Part shown: in pieces, positions 38,335 through 52,355 of the stretch | How the letters are laid out: each line of letters begins with the position of its first letter | How positions within the stretch are numbered: position 1 is the stretch's first letter | The notes under the pieces: generated by a model | Told to the model about the DNA's origin: nothing | Databases searched by the model: none | The model's input: only the letters and a program-made list of their open reading frames with translations | Assembly: GCA_951406725.2 (NCBI GenBank) | Contig: OX597835.1 | Coordinates: forward strand, 31,806,001-31,870,000 | Source of the DNA: Octopus vulgaris | Lineage: Eukaryota | Direction of reading: 5' to 3' | Length of the DNA stretch: 64,000 nt | Position numbers and translations under genes: made by a program

Positions 38335-38620
38335 GGTGCTTGGCTCTGCGGGTAGGATGTTCGCCTTGCGAATGTAAGGTGATGAGTTCGTTTCCTGGTG
38401 GTCTGTTGTTTGCTTGAACAAGACGCTTGGTTTCACCCAATACCTGTAATTGAAAGGGGTCACCCTTGTCACATTCTGTGACACGTTGAATCTCCCTGAG
38501 AACTACGGTAAAGGTGCGTGTCGATGTGGAGTGCTCAGCCACTTACACGTTAATTTCACGAATAGACACTTCCGTTGGTCGGATCAACTGGAACATACAT
38601 TGTCGTAACCAACGAAGTAC
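38335..38620 (+). mobile_element. degenerate SINE with tail 2
   Basis: GAATCTCCCTGAGAACTACG..GGAGTGCTCAGCCAC block. Confidence 0.75.
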
Positions 38621-39390
38621 CAGTATAAGCATGTATGCACATATGTGTGTATGCATGCATGCATGCATGTATGTATGTATGTATGTATGTATGTATGTAT
38701 GTATGTATGTATGTATGTATGTATGTATGTATGTATGTATGCATGCATATATATATACATATGTATATATATATAAATTAAATTAGAGATAAAACCACTA
38801 TTATGCAAATCAAACAGTGATAGACATAAACCAAAACATAAAAAACAAAAAATAAATATAAATAATATAATATACAAAATATATATAAAATATAAAATTT
38901 AAAATTTAAATTGTTAAAATTTTAAATTTTTAAATTTATAATTATAAATTTTTTATATTTTTATATTTTGAATTTTAAATTTATAAATTTTTTAAACTTT
39001 TAATTTTTTAATTTTTTAATTTTTTTTATAAACTATCAAAAAGTATTAAAAAGTTTAATATAATATAAGTAAATATAAGATAATAAGTTTGGACATACTC
39101 CCTAATATTTTTATTATATATATATATCTATATGTGTATATATGTATGTATGTAATTATATATGTATGTATGTATATATGTATGTATGCATGTAAGAGAA
39201 TCTGCTTGTGGTAGTGTGAGCATATGTATAGAAGATCGTACAAAGAGACAAAGTGTGGGTCCAAACTTTGAAGCGAAAATAGGGAAAAATGATAATAGTG
39301 CAAAGACATACATACCTTGTGTTCTGAATCGTGGATAAATGTACAGACATACATATGTATATATGTATATAGATCTATTTATTTAAACAT

Positions 39391-39450
<60 letters not shown>

Positions 39451-39502
39451 GTATGTATATATATATATATGTATATACACACACTTGCACCCACTCATAC
39501 AT

Positions 39503-39534
<32 letters not shown>

Positions 39535-40267
39535 CATATGCGTATTATTGTCAATAAGCCTTCGCTCATGATAATTGAATTTCTGCGGCAAATTTATTCA
39601 AGAATAAATTTCAAAATTATTTTTACTACAGCGAGAAAAAAAAGAGAAAGACATTAAAAAACATTTGGCTGACAATACATAGAAGAAAAAGCAAGAACAA
39701 CCAGAACAACATAAATCACGATAATTATTAATTATTAAGCACGATTCAATTAATTAGTGATAAAAAAAGATACATCACATCATGTTTTCAAGAGGTCGCA
39801 GCGTTTTAAGACAACTGTTTGGCTTTTAGCAATATTTATTCCTCTTTATTAAATAATACATAGCTTATTCATATCGCAGTATATATATTTTTTTTCAAAG
39901 AGAATATCTTTAGAAATCATGTATAATATTGCAAACAAATGATTTATAATACTTTTCTCATGTGTACTTGTAATGTAAAACAAAAAAAAAATTGCTGTTT
40001 ATTTAGTTGGACGCTGGCGAAAATTAGTGGCGGTTCTTGAGGTGTTTTGAACATACTGACGATTGAACAAAAGTTTCTTCATTGTTTAAATTTCCAACTA
40101 AATTTCTAATCATCAAATTATATTAATTGATTTGTATAAAAACTACTCAGTTTTATGAATAATTTTCAATTATAGTTAAACAATTATATATATCGCTTAA
40201 GTTGCACTAGACATAAATATAAGTATGTATGTATGTATATATATATATATATACCGCCCTACATACA

Positions 40268-40316
<49 letters not shown>

Positions 40317-40394
40317 CCCTACATGCAAACATTTATATATATGTACACTGCACACATACCCATATACATCTGCATACTGACATATATATCTTCA

Positions 40395-40496
<102 letters not shown>

Positions 40497-40596
40497 CGTT
40501 TACGTATCTGTTTTGCAAAATTTCTGATGTGAAATCGTGTATCGAAACATATTTTTCTATTTTCAACTGGTCGTACCTTTTTTTACCAAATAAACA

Positions 40597-40640
<44 letters not shown>

Positions 40641-40893
40641 GAACGCAAACACCAGAGACACACGACTACAAGAACTAAAAGATACCCTTATCACCAGGAA
40701 CTATCCACCTTCACTTATTGACAAGTGCATTCAACGTGCCCTTCAACTTAACATCAAGGAACTGAGACATCCCAAATGAAAGAAAAACTTACAACCAAAA
40801 GCCTTACCATACATCTCCACACACAACCCTCTCAATAACGAAGCCTTCGGCACCATCCTCCACAACATACCCCTCCTAAAGAAAGACCACAGA

Positions 40894-41421
40894 ATGAACA
40901 CAATCCTCCAAACACACACGATCATAAAAAGCAAGAGACAGCCTAAATCCATGAAAAGTCTCCTAACACAAGCCCGAATTCACTCTTCAACACAGAAGCC
41001 GACAGTAAAAAAATGTGGAAGACCCAATTGCGGGATATGTGACTATCTAAGTGAGGGATCAGAGTTCTCCTTCAAACAGGGACAACGGTTTACAGTGAAA
41101 AGCAACTTCACATGTGCTTCGGAGAACCTAATATACTCACTAACCTGCTCCGGGTGTCAAGAGCAGTCCATAGGCCAAACAAAAAATAGTTTGCGTAAAC
41201 GAATGGCCCTGCACAGATCCCAGATAAAAATTCCCCAAAACAGAAAAATAGCTTTTAGCCAACACATAGATACTTGCGCCAACAAAAAAACACCAAGCTT
41301 CAGGATTTTCCCCCTCTACCAATTTAGGGACGATACAACCTCGAGACAACGAATAAGTAAAGAAACTCTCTTTATTGCAAAATACAGGCCACTTCTTAAC
41401 GGGTCTACGACAAACAATTAA
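40894..41421 (+). pseudogene. GIY-YIG endonuclease domain of PLE (YIG mutated to SIG; upstream stop)
   Basis: 175-aa ORF in the track. Confidence 0.85.
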
Positions 41422-42143
41422 TATACCTCAACTTTAGAATAAAAGAAATATTCACACACAAATATTACATTCCAAAGAATCCATTACTAATCACATCTAT
41501 AATCCATAACATGCCAACTTCAAGTCATACAACACCTCACTACTTTAACCCATTCATATTCTTTAACCCATTCATATGTTTTTTTCTTCTTCTTCCTCTT
41601 CTTCTTCATCCTCATCATTATCATCATCATCGTCGTCATAATCATCACCACCATCACCATCATCGTCATCTTCTCCTTCTCCTTCTTCTTCTTCTTCTCC
41701 TTCACCATCATCATCATCAACATCGTCATCATCTTCTTCTTCTTCTTCTTCTTCTTCTTCTTCTTCTTCTTCTTCTTCTTCTACTTCTCCACCTTCTACC
41801 CCTTAACTTTGTCGCTAATGTTTTTTAGTATAACACCTACGCAAATTCTATAAACAAGCCTTTCAATAGAAATATTCTCCTGAATTGAACTGCGACTGCC
41901 AGCCGCCACTGACCATTCAAAATACGACCATCAGGGCACTCCCAGATTCTCCCACCCCCTTTCCTCATCAGCCTTCTTCCTCTACTACCGTACCAAGAAC
42001 TCACAACGACCTCCAACACACAAGTGCAAACAAGGGAATCAGAGAAAGGCAGAATGCCACTTATATCTGAACACTACTATAGAAATATTCCTTTAAAAAA
42101 AACTTTTCTTCTAATTTTTCTAAATTTAATTATTTAATCGTTA

Positions 42144-42181
42144 CAGTTGAAAAGGTCTCAAAATGACCGAAACCGGTACTG
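42144..42181 (+). ncRNA. minimal hammerhead ribozyme (U3-A8) in PLE 3' UTR
   Basis: CAG-TTGAAAA-GGTC-tcaaaat-GACC-GAAA-CCGG-TA-CTG. Confidence 0.8.
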
Positions 42182-42230
42182 AAATGTTCACTATAAAATT
42201 ATTTTAGCATTTTCTACTTTTGACTTGTTT

Positions 42231-42273
<43 letters not shown>

Positions 42274-42639
42274 TTCGTCTGTCTTTACTTTCTGAGTTCA
42301 AATTCCACCGGGATCGATTTTGCCTTTCATCCTTTCGGGGTCGATTAATTAATTACTAGTTGCGTACTGGGGTCGATCTAATTGACTGGCCCCCTCCTAC
42401 CGAATGTTAGGGCTTGTGCTTATAGTAGAAAGGTTTATATATATAGTTGTAGATTTTAAAGTTTAACAAGTGGTGTATAGTTGTCTGTTATATCTCACAC
42501 TTGTTGTTTTACTCCTCCACGAACGTTTTATGTTTTATGTAAAGCATGAAAGTAGTAATATTTTACATTGATGAACCATTCAGAAATACTTTCATCTTTT
42601 ACTCGTCTCAGTCGAAGGGTTTCAGTTACTCTCTCTTTT

Positions 42640-42842
42640 ACTCTTTTACTTGTTTCAGTCACTTTACTACGGCCATGCAGGAGCACCACCTTTAGTCGAG
42701 TAAATCGACCCCGGGACTTATTCTTTGTAAGCCCAGTACTTATTCTATCGGACTCTTTTTGCCGAACCACTAAGTGACGGGGATGTAAACACACCAGCAT
42801 TGGTTGTCAAGCGATGGTGGGGGGACAAACACAGACACACAA

Positions 42843-42896
<54 letters not shown>

Positions 42897-43264
42897 GTTT
42901 AAATATTTGTTGTGCAAGATTTTTTATGTGAAGTCGTGTGTTGAAACAGATATTGTTATATTTAGGAATGGTCATATTGCCAGTTTAGCCAATAAAAACA
43001 CACGCACTATATATTTGGTGTTATTTTGCTTCAGTGATATTTATTTCTTACATTAATGGCTGACGGTTAGTAAGGAGAGACACAAGTAAGTGAGAAGAAA
43101 ACAAAGGACCACTGATGCGGTCACAGGAGTGTGACGAAAGAACTTTGGCCGAAATAAGATTAAGATTAATGTAAGAAATAAATATCACTGAAGCAAAATA
43201 ACACCAAATATATAGTGCGTGTGTTTTTATTGGCTAAACTGGCAATATGACCATTCCTAAATAT

Positions 43265-43329
<65 letters not shown>

Positions 43330-43496
43330 CATATATACGACAGGCTTCTTTCAGTTTCCGTCTACCAAATCCACTCACAAGGCATTGGTCGGCCCGAGGC
43401 TTTAGCAGAAGACACCTGCCCAAGATGCCAGTCAGTGAGACTGAACCCGGAACCGTGTGGCTGGTAAGCAAGCTACTTACCACACAGCCACTCCTG
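42640..43496 (-). mobile_element. SINE family B interrupted at its internal (TA)n by a fold-back PLE-type element
   Basis: SINE halves at 42640-42845 and 43335-43496. Confidence 0.85.
42893..43272. mobile_element. fold-back Penelope-type element (about 105-bp arms) with degenerate hammerhead 43109-43148
   Basis: Arms 42950-43057 / 43165-43272. CCA-CTGATGC-g-GTCACA-ggag-TGTGAC-GAAA-GAAC-TT-TGG. Confidence 0.75.
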
Positions 43497-43909
43497 TTGT
43501 TTTTTTTCTTAAGTGTACTGGTTATTCTATCAATTACTGTTGCCGAACCTGTATGTTATGAGGAGGAAAACTTATCAATACCGGTAGGAGAAAAACACAA
43601 GCACAAGGACAATACACACACACACACACACACATACATATACACACGTGTGTGTGTGTCATCGTAGATATAGTATATCTGAAATAATAAAAAATGGACA
43701 GAACTGTCAGGGCTGAAAGAATTTATAGATCAGTAGTTTCCAACCTGTGGTCAGAGAACCCCTGGTGGTACCCAAATGTAATACTGGGAGTTCGTAAATA
43801 TTTTAAGCTGACAGACCTTTCAATATCCTTAGCTCCTCGGTAAACTCATTTAAATAATAGGAGTCCTTGGTAGAGAAATGGTTCGGAACCACCTAGACGT
43901 TATTTTTCT

Positions 43910-44277
43910 CTCATTGGACTGCGGCCAAGATGGGTCACGGCCATGATGGGTTTCGTCGAACAAATTACTCCTACTTCTTTTCATATGTCTGTTACCTTAT
44001 TCTATTCGATACTATTTTGCCAAACCTCTAATTGACCGGGACGTAAGGAAACCAACACCGGCTGTCAAGAGGTGGGAGACACGGACACAAAGGCAAAGAC
44101 ACACAGACGCACTTATATACGCGCCGGTTTCTTTCAGTTTTCGCCAATAAAATCCATTCACAAAACTTTTGGTCGTATATGGGTATATAGCAGAAGACAC
44201 GTGCCAAGCGGTGGGAATGAACCCGAAACTATGTTTATGAGAAGCTAACTTCTTACCACAAAACCGTGCCTACGCCT
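43910..44277 (-). mobile_element. old SINE family B
   Basis: Diverged homology. Confidence 0.7.
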
Positions 44278-44412
44278 ATATACAAACAATATGAGAGTCT
44301 CTGAATGTTTCTAAGAATACTGAAAAATAAGTGAAGCGTGGCAAAACAGCAATAACAACAACAACAATAACAAAAAACGCACATATACAAGAAAATCGAT
44401 TATCTCTACTAC

Positions 44413-44474
<62 letters not shown>

Positions 44475-44499
44475 TTACTACTACTACTACTACAAGGGC

Positions 44500-45187
44500 A
44501 GAATTCCGGTCAAGGTTGTTTATGGAAGATCAGCAGTCGCCATGTTGTCCAAAGGAAAGGAAGAGGCCAATACAGCTTGGCGCTAGTGACGGTGCAACTC
44601 ATTTCTACAACTGCGTCAACTGGAGAAACGTGAAATAAAGAGTCTTGCTCAAGAACACAACACGCAGTTCTGTACAAGAATCTAACTCACTATCTCATGA
44701 TTGCGAACCCGACGCTCTAACTACTGAGCCAAAACCCACCACTACTGCTATTGCTGCTGCTGCTGCTGCTGCTTCTACAACAAATAATAATTAATTATTT
44801 CTACTCTAGGCACAGGACCTTGAAATCTTTTGGGGGAAAAGGGAGCTAGTCGATTACATCGACTCCAGTGCGTAACTGGTACTCATTTCATCGACCCCCG
44901 AAAGAATGAAAGGCAAAGTCAGCCTCAGCGGAATTTGAACTCAGAACGTAGCAGACGAAATGCCTATTTCTTTACTACCCAAAAGGGGCTAAACACAGAA
45001 GGGACAGACAAACAAATTAAGTCGATTATATCGAACCCAGTGCGCAACTGGTACTTATTTAATCGACACCGAAATGATAAAAGGCAAAGTCGACCTCGGC
45101 GGAATTTGAACTCAGAACGTAGCGGCAGACGAAATACCGCTAGCCATTTCGCCCGGCGTGCTAACGATTCTGCCAGCTCACCGCCAT
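44500..45187 (-). mobile_element. SINE family D remnant followed by family C dimer
   Basis: Homology to 63713 and 49497-50263. Confidence 0.8.
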
Positions 45188-45591
45188 CGACTGCACCGAA
45201 TAGTAATACTACAACAAGTACAAACACCAATAACAAAAAATAAAGGCAACCACAACTACAACAACTACAACAACAACACCAACAACTACTACTACTAATA
45301 CTACGACGACAACAAATGGTACTTATAAATGTAATATACATGTTCCGATGATATGTTAACATTTATGTATTCTTAATAATTGACATAAGACAAACAGTGT
45401 ATATTTACAATATTTCTCTGTTCACTTGAATGATCTACGAATGCTTTGTAACATCCTGAAATTGATTTTGTATATCCGTTCATGATCTACGATGTGATTG
45501 GTTCCTCTCGGAGCCAAGTTCATGACTAAGAATCAGACAACGGATGGCCATTGATAACCCAGCCAATCGAATCGTAAATATACATACATAC

Positions 45592-46008
45592 AGGCGCAGG
45601 AGTGGCTGTGTGGTAAGTATCTTGCTTACCAACCACATGTTTCCGGGTTCAGTCCCACTGCGTGGCGTCTTGGGCAAGTGTCTTCTACTATAGCCTCGTC
45701 CGACCAAAGCCTTGTGAGTGGATTTGGTAGACGGAACCTGAAAGAAGCCTGTCGTATAGATGTATATATATATATATATGTGTGTGTGTATGTTTGTGTA
45801 TCGGTGTTTGTCCCCCTAGCATTGCTTGACAACCGATGCTGGTGTGTTTACGTCCACGTCATCTAGCAGTTAGGCAAAAGAGAGCGATAGAATAAGTGCT
45901 AGGCTTACAAGGAATAAGTCCCGGGGTCGATTTGTTCGACTAAAGGCGGTGCTCTAGCATGGCCGCAGTCAAATGACTGAAACAAGTAAAAAAGTAAAGA
46001 GATACAAA

Positions 46009-46053
<45 letters not shown>

Positions 46054-46232
46054 ACATATATATGTGTGTAAGTATGTAGGAATGGCTGTGTGTTAAGTAG
46101 CTTATTTACCAACCACATGGTTCTGGGTTCATTCCCACTGCGTGGCACCTTGGGCAAGTGTCTTCTACTATAGCCTCGGGCCGACCAAAGCTTTGTGAGT
46201 GGATTTGGTAGAAACTGAAAGAAGCCCGCCGT

Positions 46233-46318
<86 letters not shown>

Positions 46319-46407
46319 GTGCGTATATGTGTGTGTGTCTGTGTTTGTCCCCCCAACATCGCTTGACAACCGATGGTGGTGTGTTTACGTCCCCGTAACT
46401 TAGCGGG
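45592..46407 (+). mobile_element. two adjacent SINE family B copies (45592-45995, 46072-46407)
   Basis: A/B boxes, internal microsatellite, shared tail. Confidence 0.9.
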
Positions 46408-46439
46408 AAATGAGATACACCTTCTAATAAATTCATGGG

Positions 46440-47435
46440 ACTGTCTTGCCCAAACAGAGAATATAGACCTATCATGCCGGGACCTAAGAGCGTGTCGTAC
46501 AGTTCAACTCTTCAGAAATCGCTCCGAGATTCAAAAGAAACTTAAACAAATTGAAGTGACTTTTAAATTAATTAATAGACATCATCAATCTTCGTGCAGA
46601 TCGTGTAGACAGAAGAAATGGAGGGACCACCATTTTCGTGCACAGTTCTTTTTCGGCTGAAGCAATGGACATATTTACCAATGGCTACTGTGAAGCAGCT
46701 TCTGTATATAGTAAAACCAACAATTTAATAGTAGCCACCTCTAACTCCTTTACTACGCTTCAAGGTACGCCTCAACAGTATTGTTTCATCCATAAGTGTC
46801 ATGCTGTCAACATATTGATGATTGGGATGTTCAACCTTCCCAGTGGTGATTGGTCCACAAGCAGTTTGAAACCAGGTTATTCCACCTCATGCCCTGATAA
46901 GCTAGCAATCAAATTACATTTTGATTTCATGGATGAGTTTTTCCTGACTCAAATTGTTCTCGAATCAACAAGGTGTAACGAAAGTACCTTAGTCCGAGTA
47001 TTAAGTAACCACACTGAGATTATCCACAATATTGCAAGGGAAAAAATACCACTACTCTCAGACCATGAGAAGGTTTGAGATTCTACCATCCAAAGATCAA
47101 ACATAAATGTTCGACTCTCTTTCATTAATGTCCGACTCTCTTCCATAAATATCCGACTCTCCTTCATAAATGTCTTACTCTTTTTCGTAAATGTCCGACT
47201 CTCTTCCATAAATGTCCGGCTCTCTTTCATAAATACCCAACTTTCTTTCATAAATGTCCGACTCTCTTTCATAAATATCCTACTCTCCTTCATAAATGTC
47301 CGACTCTTTTTCGTAAATGTCCGACTCTCTTTCATAAATTGACATCTCTCCAGCCCATCCATTTGACACTATGGATCATCATAACGCAGACTGGGATGCG
47401 ATCAATCATGATCTTTCACGAGATCATTGGGCCTT
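46440..47435 (+). mobile_element. decayed CR1/L2-type LINE AP-endonuclease fragment
   Basis: RADRVDRRNGGTTIFV, IGMFNLPSGDW, FLTQIVLESTR, LSDH, then HNADWDAIN. Confidence 0.75.
47102..47339. repeat. 21-bp minisatellite, about 11 units (CATAAATGTCCGACTCTCTTT)
   Basis: Directly visible; gives the MKESRTF repeats in the ORF track. Confidence 0.95.
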
Positions 47436-47438
47436 CAT

Positions 47439-47480
<42 letters not shown>

Positions 47481-47489
47481 GCACACACG

Positions 47490-47528
<39 letters not shown>

Positions 47529-47819
47529 ACATAAATACATCATGGCTGACATTTGTAGGCATTGTAAAAGAATATATCCACAAAAAATACTCCATTAAGA
47601 TCAGTAAACATTCGCTCACATTGATTTGAATTAATCATTATCTCAAAGCTTCGAAATTTCTATGATGTGACACTTTACATTTAGACTAATATTGTAGGCT
47701 AGACAGGAGGTGCCGGATGTAGATAGTTTGAAAATAAAACAGGTAGAACATTTGTATTACAGTCGGATTAAATCAGACAGGGTTTACGTTGCTGGCTTTG
47801 TGACATTACTTGAAACCAT

Positions 47820-48035
47820 TAAGGCGGCGAGGTGGTAGATCCATTAGCACGCCGAGAAAAGCGCTCAGCTGCATTTCATCCGTCTATTCGTTCTGAGTTC
47901 GAATTCCGTAGAGGTCGACTTTGCATTTCATCCTTTCGGGGGTTGATAAAATGCGTACCAGTTGAGTACTAGTATCGATGTAATCGACCTACGCCTTCTC
48001 TCGAACTTTCTGGCTTTGTACTAACATTTGAAAAC
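47820..48035 (+). mobile_element. SINE family C
   Basis: Homology to other copies. Confidence 0.75.
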
Positions 48036-48539
48036 CATTCATAAAACCACCATCGAAATTTACACAACATGTCGACCATTGCAGCTGCATATTTTTTAAA
48101 ACTGATATTTTTGTTGAGTCTTGATATTATTTAACCTTATTCATTTTACCAGGGTTTATACTTGTCCAACATAGAAATATCGATATTGACACGCCCTATG
48201 CGTTAATTTTCTAACATTAACACACCTTATATGTAAACTTTCCCAATACAGACACACCCAAAATATACTTCCGGCTCTACATTTATGTTCTTTGTTATTT
48301 GCTGTATTTCTGATTAATTAGTCGAGACAAACTATAAAAAAATTATTACAAAAGTATCAGTTATGTGGATACAAAACTGTGGTTAAACAATTGGTGTATT
48401 TATATTTATATACATGCGTGTATGTATATGTATACATTTCACGTATGAATGCATATGGTTGCGTGCTAGGATTCATATTTGTAGGGTGTGTCTCATTCAA
48501 TATAGCCACAACCAGCGTAGTTATATATCAATAACTACA

Positions 48540-48582
<43 letters not shown>

Positions 48583-48604
48583 TGTATGTATATATATATA
48601 TATG

Positions 48605-48657
<53 letters not shown>

Positions 48658-49496
48658 ATATATATATATATATGCAGTATATCTATACGCAAATACACAC
48701 ACATATATATACATATACATACATATATATATGCATATATACATAAATATATATGTATACGTGTGTATATGTATATGTATATATATGTATGTATATATAT
48801 ATATATACATATATACATACATATACATACATATACATATATATATATATATACATACATATACATGCATATATATGTGTGTGTGTGTGTGTGTATGAAC
48901 GTGTATGTGTGTATAATATACATCAGCATAAATTTAGACACACACGCATCAATGAGTGTTTAGTGTTTTCCCTCAAAGAATCTAGCCACCGTTTTGTTAT
49001 ATCTCCATCTTCAACTGCTACTGAAGCGGCATCTTTGATATCACAGTGTTCAAAAGCTTTTTTGATTCACTGTTAATTCAATGCTAGCAGGGGCCAATAC
49101 TCAGGAACAAATTTTCTTCATACGATTAATATGGCTTCCTATATTTCTTATTCTGATTGTTCTCAGAAGGGGATCAGCTTTTTGCCTGCATATTAGCGTC
49201 ACACAGAATGTGGTTTCGTTATTCATGTTCGTACTCAGATGACGCACCTATTGTGATTCCACCGTTTTTTTTTTAACGTTTACTGATTGCATTCCGTTTC
49301 TTGTCTGATAGCGGAGTGCTTGATGTTTTCTTTCACAGAAATGCTTATTCTTTTCTTCACCTATTACCTCTTTAACCTTTAACGCTTTTCTAAATAGTTC
49401 CGACTTGAGAGCTGCAGTCATGCTCGGGCACCGCCTTATTCGGGTTTTGACTTTTGTTCTAATTTGCCTTTTGAGATAGTGTTGATCATCTGCATA

Positions 49497-50263
49497 CCTA
49501 TTTCTTTACTACACACGAGGGGCTAACCACAGACGGGACAAACAAGGACAGACAAACGGATTAAGTCGATTTCATCGACCCCAGTGTGTAACTGGTACTT
49601 AATTTATCGACCCCAAAAGGATGAAAGGCAATTTGAACTCAGAACGTAACGGCAGACGAAATACCTATTTCTTTATTACCCACAAGGGGCTAAACATAGA
49701 GGGGACAAACAAGGACAGACATAGGTATTAAGTCGATTACATCGACTCCAGTGCGTAACTGGTACTTAATTTATCGACCCCGAAAGGATGAAAGGCAAAG
49801 TCGGCCTCGGCGGAATTTGAACTCAGAACGTAATGGCAGACGAAATACCTATTTCTTTATTACCCACAAGAGGCTAAACACAGAAAGGACAAACAAGGAC
49901 AGACATAGGTATTAAGTCGATTACATCGACTCCAGTGCGTAACTTGTACTTAATTTATTGACCCCGAAAGGATGAAAGGCAAAGTCGACCTCGGCGGAAT
50001 TTGAACTCACAACGTAACGGCAGACGAAATACCTATTTCTTTATTACCCACAAGGGGCTAAACACAGAGCGGACAAACAAGGACAGACATAGGTATTAAG
50101 TCGATTACATCGACCCCAGTGCGTAACTGGTACTTAATTTATCGACCCCGAAAGGATGAAAGGCAAAGTCGACCTCGGCGGAATTTGAACTCACAACGTA
50201 ACGCAGACGAAATACCGCTAAGCATTTCGCCCGGCGTGCTAACGTTTCTGCCAGCTCGCCGCC
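49497..50263 (-). mobile_element. family C SINE multimer: one head plus four body/tail units (184-bp period)
   Basis: Unit starts CCTATTTCTTTA at 49497, 49664, 49848 and 50032. Confidence 0.92.
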
Positions 50264-50430
50264 CTGATCAGCTGTATAACACGAGCATAGGTAGTGAGTG
50301 TGGCCTATTTCAATGCTTTTCCTTCTTTTTATTCTAAACAACTTTAGGCAAATGCCCACTAAAAAATGTTTGACTTCTTCCATCAGTTCTCTTACCAGCC
50401 ATTTTATTTCTTCATACATCTTATCTTCCC

Positions 50431-50870
50431 TCGCGGTCGTAAGACCGTGGTTTCGATTCCCAGAGTAGGCGTTGTGAGTATTTATTGAGCGAAAACGCCT
50501 AAAGCTCCGCGAGGCTCCAACAGGGGGTAGTGGCAAACCTGCTCTACTCTTTCACCACAACTTTCTCTCACTCTTTCTTCTTGTTTCTGTTGCACCTGTA
50601 TTTCAAAGGGTCTGCCATGTCACACTCTGTGTCACGTTGAATCTCCCCGAGAACTACGTTAAGGGTACACGTGTCTGTGGAGTGCTCAGCCACTTGCACG
50701 TTAATAAACGAGCTGCGACGTCACTGGTGCCAAGCTGTATCGGTCTTTGCCTTTCCCTTGGATAACATCGGTGGCGTGGAGAAGGGAGGCTGGTATGCAT
50801 GGTCGACTACTAGTCTTCCATAAACAACCTTTTCCAGACTTGTGTCTCGGAGGATAACTTTCTGTGTGCA
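50431..50870 (+). mobile_element. SINE family A (tail 2) fused to a family D tail
   Basis: Homology to 61565-61948 and 63850-63965. Confidence 0.8.
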
Positions 50871-51484
50871 ATCCAGGATTAAACTGCATTTTATTGTCTT
50901 CAGCGCACCAATATATTGCGTCCAAGCCCTGTTGCAGATGCGCAATATCTCTATCTTCTGAGAGACTTGTATCCTCTGTATACCCAGGAAGTGTAGCTAC
51001 CCGAGCGGCTGAGTTCTTGACATATATAATAAAATATCTTCTTTTTTATACCTTTTTTTAGGAGGCAGCGTCAAGTAGTATTTTTCGAATACGGTTTTGA
51101 ACAAGCAGCATGCAACTTAAATGTCACGGATTTCTCTTAATTTCAGTGAATACATTCTGAAATCTGATAATAACTGCGAACGTATAAAAGCGACAAATGA
51201 ACATTATAAGCATTACTAAATTATATTATTTTTAATGTTAAACACACTTCAACATTGTTAATTAAAAAAAAAATACAATATGAAAAAACGTGAGAACCAC
51301 ACCAAGTAAATTTATTCAACTGATATATTATTCTATACACATCTGGTAGAAAATTTATTATATATATATTTCTATATATACATATTGGCTAAACTTGCAA
51401 AATGACCATTCCGAAATACAACAATATATATACATACATATATATATATATATGTATTTTTTTACGCACACACACATATATATG

Positions 51485-51521
<37 letters not shown>

Positions 51522-51564
51522 ACACTTCTCTACCCACCTGCCTATTAACTACATACATAAATAC

Positions 51565-51856
51565 ATGTTTGTTCTTTCTCGAGCCATGCCTGACTCATAA
51601 AGGCATGTTTACCGGTTTCCTTGGCGTATGGGTTCCCCACCTGGACGGGATGCCGATCCGTCGCAGGTGAGCTGCAAGATGCAGGAGGAATGAGTGGCAA
51701 AAGAGTCAGCAGAAGTTCGCCATTACCTTTTGCCGGAGCCGCGTGGAGCCAAGGTGTTTCGGTCATAAACACACACACCACCCGGTCTGAGATTCGAAAC
51801 AGAGATACCTCAACAGCGCGTCAGCCTCTCTAACCACAAGGCCATGTGCCCCCACA
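51565..51856 (-). mobile_element. SINE family A-type head with Meta-like tail
   Basis: Homology to 34345-34650. Confidence 0.88.
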
Positions 51857-52355
51857 CATAAATATATACATATACAAAAGTAATTACTAGTTCGTATGCA
51901 TACATATATGAATACACATATGCGCACGTATACTCACTGAAACAAATATCAAGTATTTTTGTATATAAAAATCCGAATCTACAAATTATTTAAAATATAA
52001 AATGAATGAAAACACAGAAAAGAAATCCATTATATTTACGTGCAAATTTAAACATTCTGCATATGTGCTAATGCAGCTATTTTAGTATAATATGAAAGTT
52101 TTAATGAAAATGAAAGGTAGGTTTACCTGCTGCGAAATTTGTAGTTGGTCCTCAATGAGAGTTCACGTCACGGAAATATGATTACCGTTTAAAGCTGAAA
52201 TAGCGTGCCGAGAGGTGATCACTCATTAAAAGAGAAATTAAAACACTTAGGTATGTATTGATATATAAGCGCTTGCAATCATTCGTATACACTCCCTCAC
52301 TGATATACGTGAACTCCGGAAAATTAATATGTATTGTGCTCATGGACTATATATA

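Larger units (their letters stand above)
40636..42236 (+). mobile_element. Penelope-like element (Neptune-type) 3' part: RT thumb, Cys linker, GIY-YIG, 3' UTR
   Basis: RLQELKDTLITRNYP, PYISTHNP, KCGRPNCGIC, FTCASENLIYSLTCSGCQEQSIGQT..LRKRM..H, E..FI....P.LN. Flanked by (TA)n on both sides. Confidence 0.92.

Noticed and set aside
40520-40560. CTGATGT..GAAACATATT
   Set aside because: No stem I, weak stem II, and the homologous segment at 42915 lacks the motif.
46949-47362. MKESRTF repeat protein / CRISPR-like array
   Set aside because: Simple 21-bp tandem repeat without spacers, inside a dead LINE.
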